A DNA stretch of 49,541 nt. It comes from Candidatus Parcubacteria bacterium. GTDB lineage: Bacteria > Patescibacteriota > Patescibacteriia > Buchananbacterales > SURF-54. The translations under genes were made by a program, and so were the position numbers. The stretch covers positions 1-49,541 of the forward strand of contig QZIX01000014.1 of NCBI GenBank assembly GCA_003599635.1, in the 5' to 3' direction. The notes beneath the pieces were generated by a model that ran no database searches, was not told where the DNA came from, and saw only the letters and a list, made by a program, of their open reading frames with translations. Numbering within the stretch: the stretch's first letter is position 1; each line of letters opens with the position of its first letter. Shown here piece by piece: positions 27,006-35,344 of the stretch.

Positions 27006-27803
27006 TTATCGTCCGCTGACTACAATCATAATTTTTTTACCCGACTTCATCTCATCTTCTGTCATGCCGTCTGCGGCTTTTCCGTGATCCCAGTCATGAA
27101 CCGCATCTGTTAATAAACCGTATTTATACTTATAGCCTTCCCCTTTTCTGGTTCCGGGATCATTGGTAATGAATTCATTTCTGTCATACCCTCTGATTAA
27201 TAACATATGATAAATAGGCCCGGGCTGTTTGAAATTCGGATTCTCCAGCATCCTTCCGGCCGCCGGGACGATTATTAATTTTCCCTGTGCCAAAACATTT
27301 TTTATGTTGTCGACTGTCACTTTATCGTCGACTGTTGCCCTTAAACCAAAATACCTTTCAAGTATTTCTGCTGTTTCCTCCGCAGTTGCGTCAATATCAT
27401 TGTATTTATTTTCTTTTTCCCAATCAACCAATTTTAGAATTTCTTCCTCCATTATTCTGGCGTCTAACGGCTGTTTTTTAAAATACCTGGCAGCCATTAT
27501 CATTGACGCTTCTTCACAGGCCTCGCCATGAAGTTCATCCCAATTGCCAAACGGCGCTTGCGAGGCGAATAAAACCTTAAAATCAATTGCCTTGGGGACA
27601 GACGTGTCTTTTTCAGTATTCCTTTCTGTCGATTTTTCGATTACAGGTTCTGTCGAACTGCCGGTTTTTTCGACAGGATCAAAAGCTGCATTTCTATTTT
27701 CCGGGTCGGCTTTAAGATCTTGTGTTGTCTTTAAGCCATCGGAACAGGAAACCAGAAATAAGGTGGACAAAATAACCGTAAGAATTTTAAATTTATTAAT
27801 CAT
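27006..27803 (-). CDS. C39-like peptidase, predicted lipoprotein
   Basis: Lipobox LVSC (Cys20); QAPFGNW...EACEEAS, YHML.I.GY, NDPGT (Gln/Cys/His/Asp set). Confidence 0.85.
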   Translation of the reverse strand: MINKFKILTVILSTLFLVSCSDGLKTTQDLKADPENRNAAFDPVEKTGSSTEPVIEKSTERNTEKDTSVPKAIDFKVLFASQAPFGNWDELHGEACEEASMIMAARYFKKQPLDARIMEEEILKLVDWEKENKYNDIDATAEETAEILERYFGLRATVDDKVTVDNIKNVLAQGKLIIVPAAGRMLENPNFKQPGPIYHMLLIRGYDRNEFITNDPGTRKGEGYKYKYGLLTDAVHDWDHGKAADGMTEDEMKSGKKIMIVVSGR

Positions 27804-27882
27804 GGCAGTTTGCTTTGACCTTATAATGCCTAAATTAAACCGGCATTAAAGACATCACCAAGTATAATATGACAAAGAATTC

Positions 27883-27911
27883 TTGACAAGTTCAAAATAT
27901 TAAGATATCAT
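27883..27911 (+). promoter_or_regulatory. sigma70 promoter for rpmA
   Basis: TTGACA-N17-TATCAT. Confidence 0.75.
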
Positions 27912-27945
27912 TATTATTGTTTAATTAATAAAAATAAACACAGTC

Positions 27946-28227
27946 ATGGCACATAAGAAAGCCGGCGGTTCTACAAGCTTAGGCCGCGACTCGATATCAA
28001 AAAGATTGGGAGTAAAATTAGCAGACGGACAATTTGCAAAAATCGGCAGCATAATCATTCGCCAGAGAGGTTCAAATTACCGGCCCGGAGAAAACGTTAA
28101 AAAAGGCGGTGACGACAGTTTGTTTGCTGTTGCTTCAGGGATTGTAAAGTTTACTCGCAAAAAAACCAAAAAATACAATAACAGATTAGAATGGACCAAA
28201 TTCGTAAATGTTTTTCCTAAAAAATAA
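27946..28227 (+). CDS. rpmA: 50S ribosomal protein L27
   Basis: [35 protein letters not shown]. Confidence 0.98.
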   Translation: MAHKKAGGSTSLGRDSISKRLGVKLADGQFAKIGSIIIRQRGSNYRPGENVKKGGDDSLFAVASGIVKFTRKKTKKYNNRLEWTKFVNVFPKK

Positions 28228-28232
28228 ACAAT

Positions 28233-28267
28233 AAAAAAAATCGCCCGAAACCGGGGCGATTTTTTTT
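28233..28267. terminator. Bidirectional intrinsic terminator
   Basis: aaaaaaaatcgccc-gaaaccg-gggcgatttttttt between convergent genes. Confidence 0.85.
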
Positions 28268-28271
28268 ATTT

Positions 28272-28685
28272 TTATTTTATAAGCTTGGTCTTGAACGCGC
28301 CTTCTCCTGTTAAATTGGCTGTGCCAACTCCTCTTACAGACAACTGAACTTTTTCGCCGCAAATCTCAACCACTAAATCGCTGCCTTTAATCAGAACGCT
28401 GCCTGTTCCCGAATACTGCCACTGATTGGGGGCAATTTCAGTTTTTTCGCCGAATCCGTTAGCTGCGATCCTGACGTCACCGGCATTGTCTGTAATAACA
28501 ACAGTACCTGTCGCGCTGACTGAAAGGTAATCAATCTGGCCGGAAATTGCGGCATTGCCGTTTCCATACGCCAGCAATTTACCCGTGCCATCGAACGCCA
28601 CTTCCCCCGCTAAAACAGGCATAACTGAAAATACGAATAAGCCCAAAATGGCGGCAGCCGATATAAGTTTTTTGCTACTCTTCAT
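28272..28685 (-). CDS. Hypothetical secreted Gly-rich beta-strand protein
   Basis: Signal peptide ending PVLA; alternating G/hydrophobic strands (L.A.GNG.A.I.G, GTANLTGEG). Confidence 0.65.
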   Translation of the reverse strand: MKSSKKLISAAAILGLFVFSVMPVLAGEVAFDGTGKLLAYGNGNAAISGQIDYLSVSATGTVVITDNAGDVRIAANGFGEKTEIAPNQWQYSGTGSVLIKGSDLVVEICGEKVQLSVRGVGTANLTGEGAFKTKLIK

Positions 28686-28787
28686 ACATTTGATGTTATT
28701 CCAATAATTAAAACGACCTTTTTTAAATAATTAACTTGCGCTGTCTTACAAATATAGTCGCTTAAGGTTACGCCGGTATAACAATAA

Positions 28788-28812
28788 TAAAAAGCACCCT
28801 GAAGCGGGTGCT
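28788..28812 (-). terminator. Intrinsic terminator after pyrG
   Basis: agcaccc-tgaagc-gggtgct stem followed by a T-run on the minus strand. Confidence 0.7.
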
Positions 28813-28832
28813 AAAAATTGAATTATCAAAAA

Positions 28833-30455
28833 TTACTTTTTTCGGACTGCCGTTCTGATAAATTCCATAAAAAGAGGATGGGGTTTTAAAGGCCGTGACT
28901 TGAATTCGGGGTGAAATTGTACCCCGACAAAAAACGGATGGCCGGGCAACTCAATGATTTCTACCAGTTTCTTGTCAGGTGACAAACCGGCTAAAAGCAG
29001 ACCTTTTTTTTCTATTATTTTGCGGTAATCGTTATTGAATTCATAGCGGTGTCTGTGGCGCTCGTTGATTTTGGAACTGCCATATGCGAAAAAACTTTTT
29101 GATTTTTTATTGATAACGCAAGGCCAGGCTCCCAGCCGCATGGAATTGCCGTATTGTTTTGCCGCAATTTTTTGTGCCTGCTCGTACATGATATGAATTA
29201 CAGGATGTTTGGTTTTCGGATCTATCTCGGTTGAATTCGCGTTCCTTAACCTGCAGACGTTTCTGGCAAATTCAATTGTCGCCAGCTGCATACCGTAGCA
29301 TAAACCAAGAAACGGAATTTTGTTCTTTCTGGCATATTCAATGGCTTTGATTTTTCCTTCAATTCCTCTGCCGCCAAAACCGCCGGGGATAACTATGCCG
29401 TTATAATTTTTCAATTCTTTTATTTTAGCCGGATTTTTTTCAAAATCATCAGAATTCAGCCAGTGAATTGTCGGCCTGATTTTATTCGCCCAGCTGGCAT
29501 GCTTTATTGCTTCAATAACCGAAATGTAGGAATCAGACAGCACAAACGACCCTGTGGCGAAATATTTCCCTATCATAGCGATTCTGACCTGCCTTTTGGC
29601 GGTTTTTATAACTTTTAAAACTTTTTTCCAGTCATTCAGGTTTTTCTTTTTGGCCTTAAGATTCAGTTTATCCAAAATCTTTTCACTTAAGTGCTCTTTT
29701 TCAAAATTTACCGGCACTTCATATATGGAATCGACATCAGGCGCGGAAATAACATCCGCTGCCATAATATTACAAAAGGTCGACAGCTTTTCCCTTCTTT
29801 TTAAATCCAGCGGCTTTTCCGCCCGACACAAAATAAAATCCGGCTGTATACCAGCCGAATTCAAGCTTCGTACGGCGTATTGAGTCGGCTTGGTTTTCAT
29901 TTCACCCACTTTATCAGGAATGGGCAGATAGCTTACCATAATAAATAAAACATCTTCAGGTTTCTGCAGATGCATCATTCTGGCCGCTTCCAGAAATAAA
30001 ATGTTCTGGTATTCGCCGACTGTTCCGCCGATTTCAATTATGGTAATATCCGCTTTTGACTTTTTGGCCGCCAGGTTAATTCTGCGGATGACTTCTTCCG
30101 GTATATGGGGCACCACCTCAACACATTTTCCCTCGTATTCCAGATTCCTTTCCCTGGAAATAACCGACTGATAGACCCGACCGGTAGTCATATAATTGAT
30201 CCTGTAAATATCAACATCTAAAAATCTTTCGTAATTTCCTATATCCTGGTCTGTTTCATCGCCGTCTTCGGTAACAAACACTTCCCCGTGTTCCGTCGGA
30301 TTCATTGTTCCCGCATCGACATTAACATAAGGATCGATTTTTATGGCGGTAACTTTATATCCCCTTGACTGAAGAATTTTTCCTATAGACGCGCAAGCCA
30401 CCCCTTTGCCGACGCCCGACATAACTCCTCCGACAACGAAGATGTATTTGGACAT
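28833..30455 (-). CDS. pyrG: CTP synthase
   Basis: GGVMSGVGKG, KIDPYVNVDAGTMNPTEHGEVFV, EIGGTVGE, KTKPTQ, PGGFG.RG, LGLCYGMQ, ERHRHRYE, QFHPEF. Confidence 0.98.
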   Translation of the reverse strand: MSKYIFVVGGVMSGVGKGVACASIGKILQSRGYKVTAIKIDPYVNVDAGTMNPTEHGEVFVTEDGDETDQDIGNYERFLDVDIYRINYMTTGRVYQSVISRERNLEYEGKCVEVVPHIPEEVIRRINLAAKKSKADITIIEIGGTVGEYQNILFLEAARMMHLQKPEDVLFIMVSYLPIPDKVGEMKTKPTQYAVRSLNSAGIQPDFILCRAEKPLDLKRREKLSTFCNIMAADVISAPDVDSIYEVPVNFEKEHLSEKILDKLNLKAKKKNLNDWKKVLKVIKTAKRQVRIAMIGKYFATGSFVLSDSYISVIEAIKHASWANKIRPTIHWLNSDDFEKNPAKIKELKNYNGIVIPGGFGGRGIEGKIKAIEYARKNKIPFLGLCYGMQLATIEFARNVCRLRNANSTEIDPKTKHPVIHIMYEQAQKIAAKQYGNSMRLGAWPCVINKKSKSFFAYGSSKINERHRHRYEFNNDYRKIIEKKGLLLAGLSPDKKLVEIIELPGHPFFVGVQFHPEFKSRPLKPHPLFMEFIRTAVRKK

Positions 30456-30562
30456 TGTAATTTAATTAATTAAAGTTAATATTAGCTAAATGTCAACAGA
30501 TCAGTTGCTCGGTTATCTTATCACTTTCACTTTTATTTTATTTTAAATTATCGCTCTGTCGT

Positions 30563-31012
30563 TTATTTCTCCTCGAGTTTGGTTACTGTCAGAATAACCC
30601 GGGACTCAAGGCCGTGCGCCAAATTGACCGTTATTTCAAATTCGCCCAATTCCTTAATGTGTTCAGCTCTTATTTGATTTTTTGAAATATCAAATCCTTT
30701 TTCTTTCAGAGCACCAGCTACTTTCGCCGGACTTATTCCGGCAAACAACGTTCCTTCTTCCGACGCCCTGGCTTTAATTTCAATTACCTGTCCGTCAAGC
30801 TTGTGCGCCAACTCCTGCGTTTTTGCCAGATCCATCTCGGCTTCTTTTTGTATTTTTTCTTTTTTAATTCTGGCTTCGGCGATAATTTTCGAGTCTGCCT
30901 TTTTGGCGATACAGTTTGGTTCTAAAAAATTCCTGAAGTAACCAAAACTAACTTCAACTATATCGCCTTCCTGACCCAGTTTTTCGACGTTTTTTAGAAG
31001 TATTACTTTCAT
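30563..31012 (-). CDS. rplI: 50S ribosomal protein L9
   Basis: MKVILLKNVEKLG..GDIVEV..GY.RNFL.P; LFAGI; IKELG; start moved to ATG 31012. Confidence 0.96.
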   Translation of the reverse strand: MKVILLKNVEKLGQEGDIVEVSFGYFRNFLEPNCIAKKADSKIIAEARIKKEKIQKEAEMDLAKTQELAHKLDGQVIEIKARASEEGTLFAGISPAKVAGALKEKGFDISKNQIRAEHIKELGEFEITVNLAHGLESRVILTVTKLEEK

Positions 31013-31094
31013 AATTTTTCTCATAGCTTCAGATTCCCTTACCTAAAAAATTTTAGCATTATTGCCGGGTGATTTCAAATTTCAAAAAATCCCC

Positions 31095-31364
31095 TTAATT
31101 TATGCTAAAATCGTTATATTCTCCTTTAAAAGGATACCAGTTTATCTTTATATCGTCAACTTTGGCTCCGCTTATCCCCGTTTTTAGCCAATCCGCAAAA
31201 AAAAGTATCGCCTTTTTTTCTCCTTCTGCAATTATTTTAACGCTGCCGTCGTCTTGATTTTCCACCAAACCTTTTAAATTCATTTCACGGGCTTTCTGCA
31301 GAGTCTGATATCTGAAGCCTACGCCCTGCACTAAACCTTTAACATTAATTTCTGCGCCTGTCAT
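31095..31364 (-). CDS. acyP: Acylphosphatase
   Basis: GLVQGVGFRY and G.VENQDDGSV.I.AEG; start at ATG 31364 forms an ATGA overlap with the upstream stop. Confidence 0.92.
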   Translation of the reverse strand: MTGAEINVKGLVQGVGFRYQTLQKAREMNLKGLVENQDDGSVKIIAEGEKKAILFFADWLKTGISGAKVDDIKINWYPFKGEYNDFSIN

Positions 31365-32305
31365 AGGGTTGTAATCGGCCGTGACTGCGTAATGAATATT
31401 TTTCCTCTTTCTATCGCCCACTCAATATCTTGGGGTTTTTTGTAATGTTTTTCTATATCAAGGCAAATTCCAGCCAGTTTTTTTATTTGGGCATCTGAAA
31501 TTTTTTGACTGAATTTTTCTGTGACCGAAACTTTGACCCATGTATTGCCACTGCCTTTTCGAATAATTTTTCTTTCCTGCCCGGAAATGTTCTTGTCCAA
31601 AATTTCAAGGCTTTTCTTGTTTAGAATATAACTGTCCGGCGTTATCTGACCTGAAACCACGGCTTCTCCCAAACCCAGGCCGGCCTCGATTATCATTTGC
31701 GATTTGTCGCGCGTCACGGGATGAACGGTAAAGGCAATACCCGCGACTTCCGACTGCACCATTTTTTGAATAACAACGGCGACCGAAACTTTGCTATCCA
31801 ACAATTTTTTCTCATAACGGTAAAAAATCGCCCTCGGCGTAAATAAAGATGACCAGCAGAGTTTTATATTTTTTAATAAATCTTTTTCAGTGGTATTGAG
31901 GTATGTCTCCAACTCCCCAGCCCAGGAAGCCACATCGGAATCTTCTGCCGTGGCCGAGCTTCTTACGGCGACAAACTGGCATTTTAATTTTTCAAATTCA
32001 TGCGAAAACTTTTCGGATAAATCTTTTGGCATCTTGGTATCGGCAATAATGTCCCGGATGACATTGGAATATCTGTCAACGGAATTCGTGTCTTGATAAT
32101 TTACTTTCTCAAGCTGGGCGTCGATTTCAACCCCAACATCGCTTTCTTCCAAAAACCTGTCAAAAGCTGATGCCAAAATAACAAAACCGAAAGGTATCGG
32201 CATCCTGGCATTGGTCATTTCTCCCAGCGATGCTCCCTTGCCACCCGCAAGTGCGACATCTTTTTTACTGATTTTTAAAAACGGTAAAATATATTCTTTT
32301 TCCAT
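31361..32305 (-). CDS. Stand-alone PEP-synthase/PPDK N-terminal ATP-binding domain
   Basis: AGGKGASLGEM, VAVRSSATAEDS..ASWAGELETYLN, VIQKMV, AGIAFT.HP, GLGEAVVSG..TPD, PQDIEWA, QSRPITTL-stop; no His swivel or PEP-binding barrel. Confidence 0.92.
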   Translation of the reverse strand: MEKEYILPFLKISKKDVALAGGKGASLGEMTNARMPIPFGFVILASAFDRFLEESDVGVEIDAQLEKVNYQDTNSVDRYSNVIRDIIADTKMPKDLSEKFSHEFEKLKCQFVAVRSSATAEDSDVASWAGELETYLNTTEKDLLKNIKLCWSSLFTPRAIFYRYEKKLLDSKVSVAVVIQKMVQSEVAGIAFTVHPVTRDKSQMIIEAGLGLGEAVVSGQITPDSYILNKKSLEILDKNISGQERKIIRKGSGNTWVKVSVTEKFSQKISDAQIKKLAGICLDIEKHYKKPQDIEWAIERGKIFITQSRPITTL

Positions 32306-32311
32306 AAATTA

Positions 32312-32340
32312 ATTATAGCTTTAAGTTTCATTCTAAACAA
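32312..32340 (-). promoter_or_regulatory. Putative promoter giving a leaderless transcript of the ATP-binding domain gene
   Basis: Minus strand TTGTTT-N17-TATAAT with the ATG 6 nt downstream of the -10 box. Confidence 0.5.
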
Positions 32341-32444
32341 TTATTGACAAATTTATTAATTTATGATGTATTAATTTGTTATTAAAACAAGAGTCCTATA
32401 ATTTGCTCAATAGGGTCAGCAAAGCTTAAAGGAGGATGACGCCA

Positions 32445-33018
32445 ATGAGAAAATCATTGTCCCCATCTCCAATAACTGAGAAACAGATTGGTAAAATTTA
32501 AGAAATTATCGCAGCCGTACTGCGGAAGCACCGTTGGGAATTTCCTAAGAAAATTGTGTAAAAAATGATCAAAGACGGTGCAAAGTTTCGCCTTGACATC
32601 CTGACGCTGATGCGGGCGAAACTTGAATATGACGCAGATTTTTTTCTGAGGATGACAGCCGTTAACCGGAAGCGCGGCCCGCATGTTGCGATGCTGGCAG
32701 TTGGCAAACGCATTGTCTGCATCAACAAAGAAGATAAGTTTCTAACAGGAAAGGTTCCTTCAGGTCTTAACGAACTGCCAAATTTTACCGTTGTCATGTT
32801 CATTAAGAACACTAAAAGAACTAATGCGGAAGAAACATTTTCCCTGTTTAAGAAGTATCATCTAAGGGAGACCCTATGCAGTTCTTGCGGCCGTTGAAGC
32901 AGAGCCGGATGCATTCAACTACTGCGCCGTCGGAACACTTTTCAGTGACAATAAGGGAAATAAAGCCCTGATGTCAATTATTCACGCAGTACTGCGTCAG
33001 GAATTTTTCACATTATAG
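32445..33018 (+). pseudogene. Disrupted hypothetical gene (two in-frame TAA, at least one frameshift)
   Basis: SD aaaggagg then ATG 32445: MRKSLSPSPITEKQIGKI*EIIAAVLRKHRWEFPKKIV*KMIKDG...; stops at 32499 and 32559 are in frame with track ORF 32565..32897; protein-like sequence continues in the +1 frame from about 32870 (PYAVLAAVEAEPDAF...). Confidence 0.7.
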
Positions 33019-33173
33019 ATTGTCCTGATGAAAGCATTGTCCTTTAGGAAAATGCAGTTCAAGCATACGGATTTTATCCGAACACCTTGATTGGGGGAGT
33101 TTTGGAGATCTGAATTTCTGGCTAACCATTCAACTATAAATGTATTCTGTTAAATGAAAGGTGGTGAAATCAA

Positions 33174-33199
33174 AGCGCGAATTAAAATTAATTCGCGCT
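33174..33199. terminator. Hairpin between convergent units
   Basis: agcgcgaattaa-aa-ttaattcgcgct, 12-bp inverted repeat. Confidence 0.7.
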
Positions 33200-33217
33200 A
33201 TTAAAAATATTTAAATT

Positions 33218-34510
33218 CTAATATCCCTGAGGATTTCCTTCTTTAATTAAGAAAAACCTAGAACCATCTTTTCTCTCGCATTCTACATTTATTTTACCCA
33301 AAAGCACCATATCGCAATGAACCTTTGCAGAATTAAAACTTGGATGATTTTTGGGAACTCCCAAAGACCCATTACTGCCAACAGCAATGTGGACTGTACC
33401 ATACAATTTTTCCGTTTCACTGGATCCCCAATCCTTATCCTCTTTACCTTGACATGCCTTAGTATTCGTACCTATACCCAATTCAGCTAATCTATAACCG
33501 TGATTATTTTTATTATTGCCGGCATTTAAATACGCTTTGACTGACTCGGCTAAAGGGTTATCAGTTAGTTCATTTGCTGGTTGACCATTTATTTTAACAA
33601 TTTCACCCTCAACTATTTCTAACTTCAAAGGCCCAAATTTTTTCACTTGATCTAACATGTGTTCACCACCCAAAGGGCCGTCAATAACCAGGTTACCGCT
33701 GCTGCCTTTCCAGTCAGGAGAACAGGCCCACTCACCAATAGGATAATTTCCTAAAGCGCCAGGTTTTGAAAAATCTTCCGATTCCATGCCTTTCGCTTCT
33801 TCTATTAAATTTAATCTTATATCGGTCCCCTCAGGGGAAGTTAGTTGTACTATTTTGACGTCTTTCATCAGTTCACCAACTTTTTCGTCTCTTTCCAGAA
33901 TCTTTTCTACTGACTCTTCAACTGCACCTTTGGTTAAAATCTCGTGGGGATTTTTGCCTTTTGTAATTGAAATCAACCGTACTGCTCTTTTTTTAGCTTC
34001 CTTAACTATTTTTTGCCATTGCTCATCATTTAATTGGTCATCTAGACCTTTTAGATGGCCTTGGATTTTTGAAGCCTGTAATTGTTCATCCAATTCTTTT
34101 CTGCTATACATTTCTCTAATTGCCGAGCCTGTTTCTTTTGAATGGGAACGTGACATTGAAGTAATAATTAATATAGGACTATTTCTCCAATGCTTTAATT
34201 CATCACCAATATATTCACCCATATCCTCTGCTGACCTTTTTGATTCAGGTAAAACCCTGATCCGATAATTAACTCTGTTACCTGATTTTTCTATTCTTCC
34301 TTTTAATTCTTCTTCTATAGAACCTACTAATTCCGGTTGTGCTTCAATTACGCCAGTGTCAGTAATAACTAAAAAACTTTCTTTCTTTGGCTGAAAACCG
34401 AAAGTATCAATAATGTTTTTAGCAACTACACCCATTCTTTCTTTAAGTTCAGGATCTTCTACAGTTTCGATATTATCGACAGATATGGGGTTTTCTTTTT
34501 CATCGTTCAT
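33218..34510 (-). CDS. M29 / AmpS-type metallo-aminopeptidase-like protein
   Basis: GNYPIGEWACSP, GNLVIDG, LAELGIGTN, ETEKLYGTVHIAVGSN, VHCDMV. Confidence 0.8.
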   Translation of the reverse strand: MNDEKENPISVDNIETVEDPELKERMGVVAKNIIDTFGFQPKKESFLVITDTGVIEAQPELVGSIEEELKGRIEKSGNRVNYRIRVLPESKRSAEDMGEYIGDELKHWRNSPILIITSMSRSHSKETGSAIREMYSRKELDEQLQASKIQGHLKGLDDQLNDEQWQKIVKEAKKRAVRLISITKGKNPHEILTKGAVEESVEKILERDEKVGELMKDVKIVQLTSPEGTDIRLNLIEEAKGMESEDFSKPGALGNYPIGEWACSPDWKGSSGNLVIDGPLGGEHMLDQVKKFGPLKLEIVEGEIVKINGQPANELTDNPLAESVKAYLNAGNNKNNHGYRLAELGIGTNTKACQGKEDKDWGSSETEKLYGTVHIAVGSNGSLGVPKNHPSFNSAKVHCDMVLLGKINVECERKDGSRFFLIKEGNPQGY

Positions 34511-34555
34511 AAATTTATCTTAATTGTTTAATTATTAAGTGAATCTTTTTTATCT

Positions 34556-34642
34556 TTACACATACCAGGTGTAAATACTCATGAGGATTCTAAATATCAC
34601 TTCTTTTAACTTCTTTTTAATTTCAGTTGTTTTAACGCTCAT
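34556..34642 (-). CDS. Candidate 28-aa small ORF MSVKTTEIKKKLKEVIFRILMSIYTWYV
   Basis: ATG 3 nt after the upstream TGA, the same tight spacing as neighbouring genes; below the ORF-track cutoff; no homology evidence. Confidence 0.3.
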   Translation of the reverse strand: MSVKTTEIKKKLKEVIFRILMSIYTWYV

Positions 34643-34645
34643 TTT

Positions 34646-35344
34646 TCAATTAAAAATAAATAACGGTTCGGCATAGTACCTGACCATGTTTGATTTAAAC
34701 CGGTCATGTATATATTTTTGAAAAATCTTGTTTTTCTCTGCAGCGGTGATCTTTTTTCTAAAAAAACTTAACGGCATTTTTACAAATAATGCTCTGCCTG
34801 CAATTATATGCCTGCTAATGCCTGACGGGATTTTCCTACCTTGATTGGCAAAGTTTAATATATCTTTAGGCTTCAATTTGGGGAATATGGCAAGGCAGCA
34901 TATATTAGGATAATGTTTCCTTATTTTTTTAATGTCAGTGCCGATTACTCTATGGAAATAAAATTTACCGTTGTAACTGTTCACAAAATCAATCATTTCT
35001 TTTATTTGAAATTTTTTGAACTTTTTAATACCGTGAAATTTCTTGTAATCCTTATCGCAGATAATATGATTCCATGTTTCTAAAATAACATCGGGTTTTT
35101 TATATTTTACTTGCTGCACCATTATATGCGGTATATGCAATTCTTTAAAAACACTGACCCGATTGGCACCGTCTAGAACAACAAATTTGCCTTTTGTCAA
35201 ACTTGCCACAATGGGCGGATCCAAAAGATAACCGTCTTTTTGTATCATCTTTTTGTACCTGCGTACTCGCGCCAAATCCGTTTCTTCATGCAATACGGCT
35301 TTTTCGATTTCAATAATTTTAAGATTGGGAAAATTTTTGTTCAT
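34646..35344 (-). CDS. ParB/sulfiredoxin-fold protein, SbnI/SerK-like (possible small-molecule kinase)
   Basis: VLHEETD..RV...I..DG.L.DPPIV......VVLDGANR; no ParB HTH; C-terminal P.GISRH motif. Confidence 0.65.
   Translation of the reverse strand: MNKNFPNLKIIEIEKAVLHEETDLARVRRYKKMIQKDGYLLDPPIVASLTKGKFVVLDGANRVSVFKELHIPHIMVQQVKYKKPDVILETWNHIICDKDYKKFHGIKKFKKFQIKEMIDFVNSYNGKFYFHRVIGTDIKKIRKHYPNICCLAIFPKLKPKDILNFANQGRKIPSGISRHIIAGRALFVKMPLSFFRKKITAAEKNKIFQKYIHDRFKSNMVRYYAEPLFIFN

Noticed and set aside
32499-32561. Stop-codon reassignment (TAA read as Gln) to explain the in-frame stops
   Set aside because: TAA ends core genes here (e.g. rpmA, pyrG) and the locus also has a frameshift; decay is simpler.
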